Shown in pieces: positions 1 to 8,027 of a DNA stretch of 64,000 nt. Positions within the stretch are counted from its first letter, which is position 1, and each line of letters begins with the position of its first letter. Below the pieces are notes generated by a model. That model did not search any database, was not told the origin of the DNA, and worked only from the letters and a program-made list of their open reading frames with translations. The stretch spans positions 1 to 64,000 of the forward strand of contig JBIOXB010000036.1 of the NCBI GenBank assembly GCA_044869275.1, given 5' to 3'. The stretch is from a bacterium. GTDB taxonomy: Bacteria > Zhuqueibacterota > Zhuqueibacteria > Zhuqueibacterales > Zhuqueibacteraceae. Made by a program: the position numbers and the translations under genes.

Positions 1-5
1 GCCGG

Positions 6-57
6 CTGAGCTTGTCGAAGCCGGATTTTTGAACTTAGCACCCTTCGACAAGCTCAG
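6..57. repeat. REP-like palindrome (15-bp perfect inverted repeat)
   Basis: CTGAGCTTGTCGAAG (6-20) and its exact reverse complement CTTCGACAAGCTCAG (43-57). Confidence 0.85.
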
Positions 58-150
58 GGTGCGGCATTCGCAAGTTTTCACACAGTCTGATTCTTCTAGA
101 ATAACAAATCTGCGCAGCCCACGAGCATCACCTATTTTGTAGGGGAGCAC

Positions 151-1378
151 ATGAAACTGCCTTCGCTCAAACACGTTTTCCACGAATCCGCACACACCTT
201 CAAGCGCTTCCCTTTTGTTTTATTGAGTGCGGCCCTGGGATCGATCGTCGCGATTTTGCTGGTGGCCCACGACCGGCATGAACCTCAAGCCGTTTTGCAC
301 AATCTCTTGAGCACAGCCGCGCTGGGCCTGCCGCTGTTCACCGCGCTCACGGTGGTGGCCGAAAAACAAAAATGGCGCAGACCCGCCAACATTCTCCTCC
401 AGCTCGCGGGCGCGGGCGTGCTGGCGCTGTATTATTTTTCTATACGCGTACGAGGCGAAAATCATGCTCGCGTGGAGCTGGCCCAAGGGCTGGGTCGCGA
501 ATCTGGTGCTGGGCTTTGCCGTGACCGGCATACTTTCTTTGTTGCTGGTCTATCCCATCCAACAGCAAGAGGAAAACCGGTGGATCAGAATATTTTCAAA
601 ATGGTATTACGTCGCTTTGATCCCGCTGGTGATCATGTTGTTGCTCGCCATTGGCAGAAGAATTTCGGAGTACGGCGTTACTGAGAACCGTTATTTTGTT
701 TTGGCGATGGGATTGGCGTTGGCGGGCATCGTGCTGTATTTTTTTTTCAGCCCAGCCCAGAACCTCAAAATCGTCCCCATTGTGCTTTGTATTCTGGCGT
801 TCTTTTCCGCCTTCGGCCCGTGGGGCGCGTTTCGCGTTTCGGAAAACAGCCAAGCGCAGCGACAGGATTCGCTGCGGCTCAATTACTATCCCGATGCGCC
901 CGGCCGGATATTGGATTTGATGGGCATCGATTTTGTGAATCCATGGCAAAAAGACAGCAGCGCGGCGAAGGATTTCAACTTCACGGCCCTATGGCAAAAT
1001 GGCATCGACATCGCCGGTTATGATTGTTTAATATCCAATCGTGAATTCTCCACCCTCAATCCGCGGCAAGAGGCGGTTTGCAGCACGGGGCAATTTGTTT
1101 TGCGCCTCGATGCTTCTTTTCTAGTTTTGGTTCCCGCAGCGCAACCCGCGGATTCCGTGCGCATTGCCCTGGAGCCGTTGTTGCGCAATATCATGCAGGA
1201 ATACGGCCATGAGCCAAGCTCGGTTCCTGCCGAAGCAATGACGGCAGCAGCGGTTTCAAAAAGCTTGAAAGCCAAAGTCGTCTTAGTTATGGTGCAAGGA
1301 GGAAGAGACCACGGCGAGTTGACAGTCAGTCACGTGCAGGCGGACGTTTTGATTGGAAAAACTTCCGAGGGCAGATGA
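151..1378 (+). pseudogene. DUF4153-family membrane protein, frameshifted and apparently internally deleted near 440
   Basis: Frame from 151 (RBS GGGGAG) gives RFPFVLL...YYFS. The typical later motif LYAYEAKIMLAWSWPKGWV starts at 440 in another frame and continues through ISEYGVTENRYF and FGPWGAF to the stop at 1378. Confidence 0.7.
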
Positions 1379-1426
1379 TCGATGATTGAGAATCGAGGAT
1401 CGAGAATAGCACGCTGTCGATCTTCA
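1377..1426. repeat. Heptamer tandem repeat (RATYGAK-like units) between convergent genes
   Basis: gatcgat gattgag aatcgag gatcgag, followed by a short complementary arm tcgatcttcaa. Confidence 0.6.
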
Positions 1427-1428
1427 AC

Positions 1429-2961
1429 TCACACCCCATCTTCCACCATCATCGCCCCGATTTCCTCTGCCGGCTTGTGCGAGGAAACTCGCAGCGTGAT
1501 CAGAAATGCGAGCACCGCCATGCCGGCGCAGGCCAGAAAAACCGTGCGCAACCCCGCCGACAAGCCGTTTTGCAACTGCGCTGCCAGCTCGCGTGAAATT
1601 TGCTCGCGCGATTCAGGCAGCAGCAGGCCGCGTATTTCGGACATTGCTTGTGCACTGGCTTCCGGAAATACATTCTTCAGCTCGTGGGCGACGCGCTGCG
1701 ACAATACTGCACCGAGAACACTCACGCCAATTGCTGCGCCCAGAGCGCGCGAAAAAATTGTCGAGGCGGTAGCCACACCCAGCTCCTGCGGTGCGACATT
1801 GTTTTGCACAGCCACGGTGACGGCCGTCGTCACCAGGCCCATGCCGAGTCCTGCGGCCAAACAAACGCTTGAAACTTGCAGCAGCGTAGCCAGCGTGCCG
1901 AGAGTGACTTGATACCAAAAGCTCAAGATCATCAAGACCGCGCCCGCCATCGCCAAATTGCGATAGCCGAAACGATTCACCCCATGCCCGGAAGCCAGGC
2001 TGCCGCCGGCCCAGCCGAAGCTGAACGGCAGCAAGACCAGCCCGACCTGCGTGGCCGGACGCAGCATCACGCCTTGTACGAACAAGGGGGCGAAGAGAAT
2101 CAGAGAGAAGGCGCAAACACCGGTGGTGAGCGTGGTCAAATTCGCTGCGGCAATTTCCGGCCGGCGCAGCAAGTGCAGCGGCACGATGGGCGCGGCGGCT
2201 CTGCGCTCAATACGGAGGAGCAACATGCCCCCGGCTGCGAGGGTCAGCAGAACGACGGCCAGAAACAGCGGCGGCAGAAGATCGAGATTGGTCACCACGA
2301 GCAACAGGCCGACGGCCAGGAGCGACAACACCGCGGCGCCCGCGTAGTCTATCACCTGCCGCACGGGAGCATGCCCGGTTTCATGGAAAAAGCGGCTGAA
2401 GAACACGATTGCGATTAGACCCAAGGGCAGGTTCAAATAAAAAGTCCAGCGCCAGGAAAAATGCTGCACCACGTAGCCGCCCAAGGGCGGGCCGATGATG
2501 CTCGCAATCGCCCACAGCGAGCTGATCATGCCCTGGATCTTCCCGCGCTGCTGCGGCGGATAGAGCACTCCAATCAACCCCAGCGACAAAGAGAACATGG
2601 TGCCGCCGGCCAGACCCTGCAGCGCGCGGCAGACGATGAGCCAGATCATGCTGGAGGACAGACCACAGAGCATGGAGGCCGCCACAAATCCGCCTATGCT
2701 GGCGAGATACATGCCCTTGCGGTTGAATTGGTCCGAGAGTTTGCCGGCAATGGGCGTGGCGATGGTGCTCGCGATCATGTAAGCGGAAAACACCCAGCTA
2801 TACCAGCGCAAGCCGCCGAGCGCGGCCACCACCGTGGGCATGGCCGTGCTCACGATGGTCATATCCACGGCCGCGAGAAAAACCTGCAGAAAAATCGCGA
2901 GTGTGACCAGTTCCCGGCCGCGGCCGTCTGTATTGGTTGTATGATTTTGAGAAGTATTCAG
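1429..2961 (-). CDS. MFS drug-efflux transporter (DHA2/MDR type); start inferred at CTG 2961
   Basis: DMTIVSTAMPT, WVFSAYM, GKLSDQFNRK, RALQGLAGG, GPPLGG, WRWTFYLNLPLG motifs. The first TM helix lies upstream of the ORF-track start at 2868. Confidence 0.9.
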   Translation of the reverse strand: MNTSQNHTTNTDGRGRELVTLAIFLQVFLAAVDMTIVSTAMPTVVAALGGLRWYSWVFSAYMIASTIATPIAGKLSDQFNRKGMYLASIGGFVAASMLCGLSSSMIWLIVCRALQGLAGGTMFSLSLGLIGVLYPPQQRGKIQGMISSLWAIASIIGPPLGGYVVQHFSWRWTFYLNLPLGLIAIVFFSRFFHETGHAPVRQVIDYAGAAVLSLLAVGLLLVVTNLDLLPPLFLAVVLLTLAAGGMLLLRIERRAAAPIVPLHLLRRPEIAAANLTTLTTGVCAFSLILFAPLFVQGVMLRPATQVGLVLLPFSFGWAGGSLASGHGVNRFGYRNLAMAGAVLMILSFWYQVTLGTLATLLQVSSVCLAAGLGMGLVTTAVTVAVQNNVAPQELGVATASTIFSRALGAAIGVSVLGAVLSQRVAHELKNVFPEASAQAMSEIRGLLLPESREQISRELAAQLQNGLSAGLRTVFLACAGMAVLAFLITLRVSSHKPAEEIGAMMVEDGV

Positions 2962-3026
2962 CCTCAGTATCTCCCACAGTATGATATGCGCTGAATCATA
3001 CGCTGCCCAGGCGTGGCATGAGAATG

Positions 3027-4145
3027 TCAGGCGTCGTTTTGAGACTGCGAATGGGAAGCGGGGCGCGAAGTTGTCGAACGTTTGAAAGAATGGGAAGAGG
3101 AGGAAGCGTCTATCGCGGGTGAGGAATTGCCGCCGTCTCCTTCCGCGCTGGTCATGGCTTCACGGAAATTGACCTGCTGCTTGTAGTAGTAATAAAAGCC
3201 CACCAGCGTGACCGGTATGAAGTTGGAAATGTGCAGGATGACGGCAAAACTGAGCGATTCACTTTCCGACACGTTGAAAAGCCCGAGGGCTTTCATGCAC
3301 GCCCAATGAAACGGCCCGATGCCGCTGGGTGCGGAAGGCAGCATGATGCCGAGACTTACCATCACCAGCACGACAAACATTGCCCCCGCGGGCAAATCGT
3401 ATTTCTCATTGAAATTGAAAGCTTCCAATGCGAAGTAGACCGTGAAGGCGTAAAATACCCAAATGACCACTGATTGCCACGCGATGTTGAAGAAATGCTC
3501 TGATCGTTTGAAGATGCCGAAGCCTTCCAGAAACGAAACCAGCAGTTTTTGAACGAGCTCGCGCACGCGTTGCGGGAATGGGCGGCTCATGCGATCGAGC
3601 AAACGCAAGGTTTGCTCCGTGCGCTGCATCAAGAAGATCATGAAGATCGTGCCCAGGACCGTGACCGCAAAAACGCCCCACGCCCCGGTCTCAAGGATCA
3701 TCCAGCCTTCCTTCTCCTTCGCGCCCGGCGTCTGATGAAACGCGATCGAAAATGCCAGCAGCAAGAGCAACGAAAACGTATCGATCAAGCGCTCTACAAA
3801 AATAGTGGCAAAAGAGGACATGCGCGACACGCCGGCAGCTTTGCCGATGGAGTACGCGCGCAGCACTTCGCCCGCACGCAACGGAAAAACATTGTTGCCA
3901 TAATATCCGATCATCGTGGCGGCAAAGAGCGTGGGCGTGTCCACCCGTTTGATCGGTTCCATGAAATAACGCCAGCGCACGGCACGCAGCCAATGGCTGG
4001 CAAACATGAAAATGATGCCGGGCAGGAGAAACAAATAATTGGCTTGGCGAAACGACTCGATCATCAAAGGATAATCGATCTTCTGAAACGCCCAATAGAT
4101 AAAGATGCCGCTGATGAGCAGGCTGATCACAAACTTGATGCGCAT
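3027..4145 (-). CDS. UPF0104 / lysylphosphatidylglycerol synthase TM-domain (flippase-like) protein
   Basis: RAVRW, GYYGNNVFPLRAGEVLR, ERLID, PSAPSGIGPFH motifs; multiple TM segments. Confidence 0.88.
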   Translation of the reverse strand: MRIKFVISLLISGIFIYWAFQKIDYPLMIESFRQANYLFLLPGIIFMFASHWLRAVRWRYFMEPIKRVDTPTLFAATMIGYYGNNVFPLRAGEVLRAYSIGKAAGVSRMSSFATIFVERLIDTFSLLLLLAFSIAFHQTPGAKEKEGWMILETGAWGVFAVTVLGTIFMIFLMQRTEQTLRLLDRMSRPFPQRVRELVQKLLVSFLEGFGIFKRSEHFFNIAWQSVVIWVFYAFTVYFALEAFNFNEKYDLPAGAMFVVLVMVSLGIMLPSAPSGIGPFHWACMKALGLFNVSESESLSFAVILHISNFIPVTLVGFYYYYKQQVNFREAMTSAEGDGGNSSPAIDASSSSHSFKRSTTSRPASHSQSQNDA

Positions 4146-4260
4146 ACCGGTAGACTTTCAATGCCTCTTTGCTTCAAAAGAGCCTTGAAAGCTCTTCACG
4201 TCGTTTGGCATTCTTCGCGGTTAAGCCCGGGACGGTCCTTCAAACGGTTCATTCACCAAC

Positions 4261-4312
4261 AAAAAACCCCACCCTTCTTCACTTTCTCGCCTTTACATAA
4301 AGAAGGGCGGGG
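4261..4312 (-). terminator. Intrinsic terminator downstream of the HMA gene
   Basis: Minus strand CCCCGCCCTTCTT...AAGAAGGGTGGGG followed by TTTTTT. Confidence 0.6.
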
Positions 4313-4350
4313 CCTCATTATGGCGCAAAAAAAACAAATAAGAATCAGGC

Positions 4351-4740
4351 TCACGTTCCAGAAGGTTTCGGCTGGGAGGCGCAACAACTCGGCGTGCTGC
4401 CTTCCGGCGGCGAGCATTTGGCGTTATTGGAATCGAAAGAAATCTTTTTGGCAAAATGAGGAGTACTGTATCCCAGGGAGCTGATGGCCTTTTCAATGGC
4501 AAGAAGATCCGTGGCTTGAGCATCGTACCGCACTTTCGCTTCGGCTTTTTGCAGGCTGACTTCGGCCGCCGCCACGCCTTCCAGGTTCTCGAGCGTGCTC
4601 GTGATTTTTTCGGCGCAATGGTCGTTGCACATGCCTTCAATCGGAATCACCGCGCTTTGCGCCGTGTTGTTGCTGGTCAGCAGAATAACGGCGGCACCGG
4701 TCAACAAAACCGCCATCGCCGCCATGATCGCTTTTTTCAT
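4351..4740 (-). CDS. Exported heavy-metal-associated (HMA/CopZ/MerP-like) domain protein
   Basis: RBS GGAG, signal peptide, IEGMCNDHC...LEGVAAAEVSL...AISSLGY; Cys-containing C-terminal tail. Confidence 0.85.
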   Translation of the reverse strand: MKKAIMAAMAVLLTGAAVILLTSNNTAQSAVIPIEGMCNDHCAEKITSTLENLEGVAAAEVSLQKAEAKVRYDAQATDLLAIEKAISSLGYSTPHFAKKISFDSNNAKCSPPEGSTPSCCASQPKPSGT

Positions 4741-4790
4741 AGGGGTCTCCTGTTCCTGATTCAGCGCCTCAAACATGAAAATAACAAGGC

Positions 4791-4861
4791 AATATAGAAT
4801 TTCATCCGGCGAGAGTCAAGCAGGATTTTGGCTTGACAATGCCGCAACCCGGCCTTATTTT
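4791..4861. promoter_or_regulatory. Back-to-back sigma70-type promoters
   Basis: Minus: TTGACT(4819-4814)-N17-TATATT(4796-4791). Plus: TTGACA(4833-4838)-N17-TATTTT(4856-4861). Confidence 0.6.
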
Positions 4862-4889
4862 ATTTTTGTAAAAATTGACGAGGTGAGGT

Positions 4890-5342
4890 TTGACGATCCC
4901 CAAGCACGACTTGAAGGCGCGCGGGCAGATGCTGCTGGCTGGTTTTGTGTTTTGGCTCAGCGCCTGCGGGCCGGGCAATGATCCGCGCGAGATCGCGGAT
5001 GCTTTTTGCTACCACTATTTCATCGAACTCAATCAGCCCGGCGCGCTTGAAATCGCCAGCGGCCTGGCGGCGCAAAAATTGCGCAAGGAAATCGAGCTGC
5101 TCAAAGGCACGGCGCGCACGTTCGAAGGTGGCGAGCAGGAATTTCACCGCGCCAAGCCATTCATTGATTACAAAATGACGCAGCGCACGGAGCAAGATGC
5201 CGAACACGTGATGTTCATCTATCAGGTCTCCATCGAAGCGCGGCAGGGCAACGAAAAAATGGAACGCGAAATCGTGCTCAGCACGGTGCGGGAGAACGGC
5301 CGCTGGCGGGTGAATAACTTTGATATTGAGACGAAAAACTAA
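4890..5342 (+). CDS. Hypothetical lipoprotein
   Basis: RBS GAGGTGAGG before TTG; lipobox WLSAC; possibly NTF2-like C-terminus (GRWRVNNF). Confidence 0.7.
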   Translation: MTIPKHDLKARGQMLLAGFVFWLSACGPGNDPREIADAFCYHYFIELNQPGALEIASGLAAQKLRKEIELLKGTARTFEGGEQEFHRAKPFIDYKMTQRTEQDAEHVMFIYQVSIEARQGNEKMEREIVLSTVRENGRWRVNNFDIETKN

Positions 5343-5454
5343 AAAGCCGCGACGCGTTGTGTGCTTTTTGTCTGTTCGTCAAGATCTGGTTGCGGCTGAT
5401 GCTCGTTAGACGATTAACTTTTCAAACTCAGAATTAAATTCCAACTTTTTATCG

Positions 5455-5726
5455 CCAACGGATAGATTAAGACCAACGGATGAAAAGACTAAGAGTTTTA
5501 TCCGTTGGAATTAATCTATCAGTTGGAGCCACCCGCAGGGCTACGGATTTCAGCTGGTCTGAAAATCCGTTGTAGGCGCTTAAGCAATCAAACATAGAAT
5601 AAAATTCTGAAAGTTCAGCCCACGGAAAGAAGCTTTTCATTTCAGTGGGAATTCCATTTCCGTGGGCCAAAGCGTTGTTGCTCGAAGAGCTTCAATTTTC
5701 AGCTTGTCTGAAAATCTGGCATAGAG
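5455..5726. repeat. Cluster of adjacent palindromes in an AT-rich intergenic region
   Basis: Hairpins at 5455-5526, about 5541-5575 and about 5618-5667, plus a segment at about 5688-5722 homologous to 10681-10714. Confidence 0.7.
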
Positions 5727-5789
5727 CCTTAACAGTCAGATTTGTGCAGAAAATGTAAAGATTTTTGTGCTTTTGGGTTGCGGTTCGCG

Positions 5790-6425
5790 CTATGGTTTGG
5801 CCACGCCGATAACCCCGCAAGCAATACGGCCGCCGGCGTTCCCCGTGGGTTGCGTCTTGAAATCATCGGGTTGCGCATGCAAAATCAGACCGCGTCCAAT
5901 GATCGTATGCGGCCCGTTCAAGCTCAAACGCGGATCGAGCAGATTGAGCGTGACGTTGCCCTCCGCGTCCGCGGTCACATTGCCCAAGTCGCCCACATGG
6001 CGCGCTGTTGCATGCTGTGCGCCATGCGTCATGTTGTCGGGATTGAAGTGCCCGCCTGCGGAAGTGCCGTCTGGCGCACTGCAATCGCCGAATTCATGAA
6101 TGTGAAAACCGTGCTCGCCCGCAGGCACGCCCGTGAGCTTCGCCACCACGCGCACGCCCCCTTCTTCCGCCGTGAAGGACACGGTGCCCTGTGCCGTGTT
6201 GCCGGTGGTGGGATGCAGCACCGCGACTGCTTTTTGAACCGTCATGGCATTTTGGGTGGCATCTTTCGCGGTGGAAGGCTTTGTCATTTTTGAAACGGTT
6301 TTCGCTTGCTGCGGCAGCGGTTGCGTTTGTTCTTGCGCCTCAGCCTGCCCAAACGCGCCGGCGCATGAAATCAATCCCGCCGTGGCCAGCGTGCGCGCCA
6401 TTTTACTTGCAAAGCCCTGTCTCAT
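5790..6425 (-). CDS. sodC: Periplasmic Cu/Zn superoxide dismutase
   Basis: HGFHIHEFGDC, AGGHFNP, HVGDLGN, GRGLILHAQPDD, GNAGGRIACGVI; signal peptide; RBS AGGAG before ATG 6425. Confidence 0.96.
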   Translation of the reverse strand: MRQGFASKMARTLATAGLISCAGAFGQAEAQEQTQPLPQQAKTVSKMTKPSTAKDATQNAMTVQKAVAVLHPTTGNTAQGTVSFTAEEGGVRVVAKLTGVPAGEHGFHIHEFGDCSAPDGTSAGGHFNPDNMTHGAQHATARHVGDLGNVTADAEGNVTLNLLDPRLSLNGPHTIIGRGLILHAQPDDFKTQPTGNAGGRIACGVIGVAKP

Positions 6426-6497
6426 CTTTAGATTCTCCTGGATTAAGACTTGCTCTAAGTTGCTCGAGATTATTCCTCGAGGTGAATCCCGCAACGC

Positions 6498-6526
6498 AAC
6501 ATACAGAGATTTGTTTCGAATGTCAA
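6498..6526 (-). promoter_or_regulatory. Sigma70-type promoter for sodC
   Basis: TTGACA-N17-TATGTT on the minus strand. Confidence 0.6.
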
Positions 6527-6638
6527 GAATCGGCGTGTCCTCAGGGACCGGCCCGCTGCGAAACTGGCAAGGGTGAGCTTTTTACCGCTGGCACAAATCC
6601 CGGAGGCCGGTCGCCGATGGACAACGCCCCAGCGATTC

Positions 6639-7796
6639 TCAAAGCGACTTGATCCAGCGCCACACAAGCTTCAACCCCGCGGTGTCTATTCTGCTCGTTC
6701 CCAGCGGCGGCATGAAAATCGTCGTATCCGGAAACGTGTGTGCCATCAACTGAAATAACAAGCTTTGATCGGGATGGCCGGGCTTGAGGCGAAGAATACT
6801 CGAATCACTGCCGGCAAATTTTTGCGGCACGACGTTGACCGTGCTTGCTTTCGCCTTCTCGTAACGCAAATCCAAATTCGTCGAAAAGAAAATGGGCGAG
6901 GCCGGGTTGTGACAATGTGCGCAATTGCCGTGCAAATAACCCAGCGCCTCTTTTTCCAAATCCGAGCCCGGAATCTCGGCGGGCAACACCTTTTCCGGGT
7001 GCAAGAAAATATTCTTGTCGAGCAAAGCGGCTAGTTGCTGCCGGTTGCCGGCCGCCGGCACACCGCTCAATCGAATCGCTTCAAAGCCGATCACGAAGTT
7101 CGGCTGGGGCTGGTGGCAGGCACGGCAAGAGAATTGTCCGGGAATCGTATACACATAATTTCCCAGGGGCAGCGCAAAAGGAAGCGTGATGTCATTGCCA
7201 TCGGTGAGAAAGGCTTCGCTGCCGGTGGCATTCCATTGATATGTCCCCACATTCCAGCCTTCCCGCCGCCGCTGCAAGACACGCGTTTCGATCTTGCGCG
7301 GCGATAGGGGCCTGCCACCCATCGTGGTCAAATAAAACGTTTTGACCAGCAAAGCGCCTTCGGGGAATTGCCATTGCTGCGGATCGCTGTTGTCGATTTT
7401 ACTGCCGGGCGGCAAAAACAAGTAGCGGCGTTTGTCGTTATCATCGGAATACAATCTGTAGCGTATGTCATAGGGCAGCACCCGGTCAGAGGGAATATCC
7501 TGGAGGGGATCAAGAAACACTCCAGTTTGCGATATTTTTCCGGGCAATGCGCCGGTAGGATTATCGAGCAAATTTGGCTCAGGAGGCGCTTCGAGCGGGG
7601 TGCCCCGCTGGGCACAGGCGGCGAAATATAAACTCAGAATGAAGGCGAGTGGCGTGAATCCCTTAAAACTGAAATCTGTGCTTTTTAGGCAAAGAAATTC
7701 AAAATCCAAAGTACAAAGCACAAAACTACTTTTGGATTTTGTGCTTTGACTTTTGGGTTTCCGACCCGTTCGGGCTAAGTATATCAATCGGCACAC
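6639..7796 (-). CDS. Diheme c-type cytochrome lipoprotein (SO2930-like); start uncertain
   Basis: Two CxxCH motifs (CRACH, CAHCH), LYSD..KRR, FPEGALLVKTF, IETRVL, terminal MPPLG; lipobox FAAC. Confidence 0.8.
   Translation of the reverse strand: MCRLIYLARTGRKPKSQSTKSKSSFVLCTLDFEFLCLKSTDFSFKGFTPLAFILSLYFAACAQRGTPLEAPPEPNLLDNPTGALPGKISQTGVFLDPLQDIPSDRVLPYDIRYRLYSDDNDKRRYLFLPPGSKIDNSDPQQWQFPEGALLVKTFYLTTMGGRPLSPRKIETRVLQRRREGWNVGTYQWNATGSEAFLTDGNDITLPFALPLGNYVYTIPGQFSCRACHQPQPNFVIGFEAIRLSGVPAAGNRQQLAALLDKNIFLHPEKVLPAEIPGSDLEKEALGYLHGNCAHCHNPASPIFFSTNLDLRYEKAKASTVNVVPQKFAGSDSSILRLKPGHPDQSLLFQLMAHTFPDTTIFMPPLGTSRIDTAGLKLVWRWIKSL
7667..7777 (-). repeat. 111-bp element, copy A (inverted relative to copy B); contains a heptamer hairpin
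   Basis: Reverse complement aligns ungapped to 10560-10670 with about 20 mismatches (hand count). Confidence 0.85.
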
Positions 7797-8027
7797 AACA
7801 CGCGCCTTCGCTTCTCGTGAGGATCAATATTTGTGACAAATGAGAATCAAGTTCGCAACAAATAAAGTACTATTTCCAAAACCATTATTCAATGCCGATT
7901 TTTATCAAGAATTTATTTGATTCTTGTCCGTGTGCTTGCTTTATTTTCAGGCGCGACACGTCGGCTTCGACTCATCCACTCATGCTCCATCAACTTTACC
8001 ATTGCACCATACGAAGGAACATACTCT

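Noticed and set aside
5467..5670. 67-aa minus-strand ORF
   Set aside because: Lies wholly in palindromic repeat DNA; TTG start with no clear RBS
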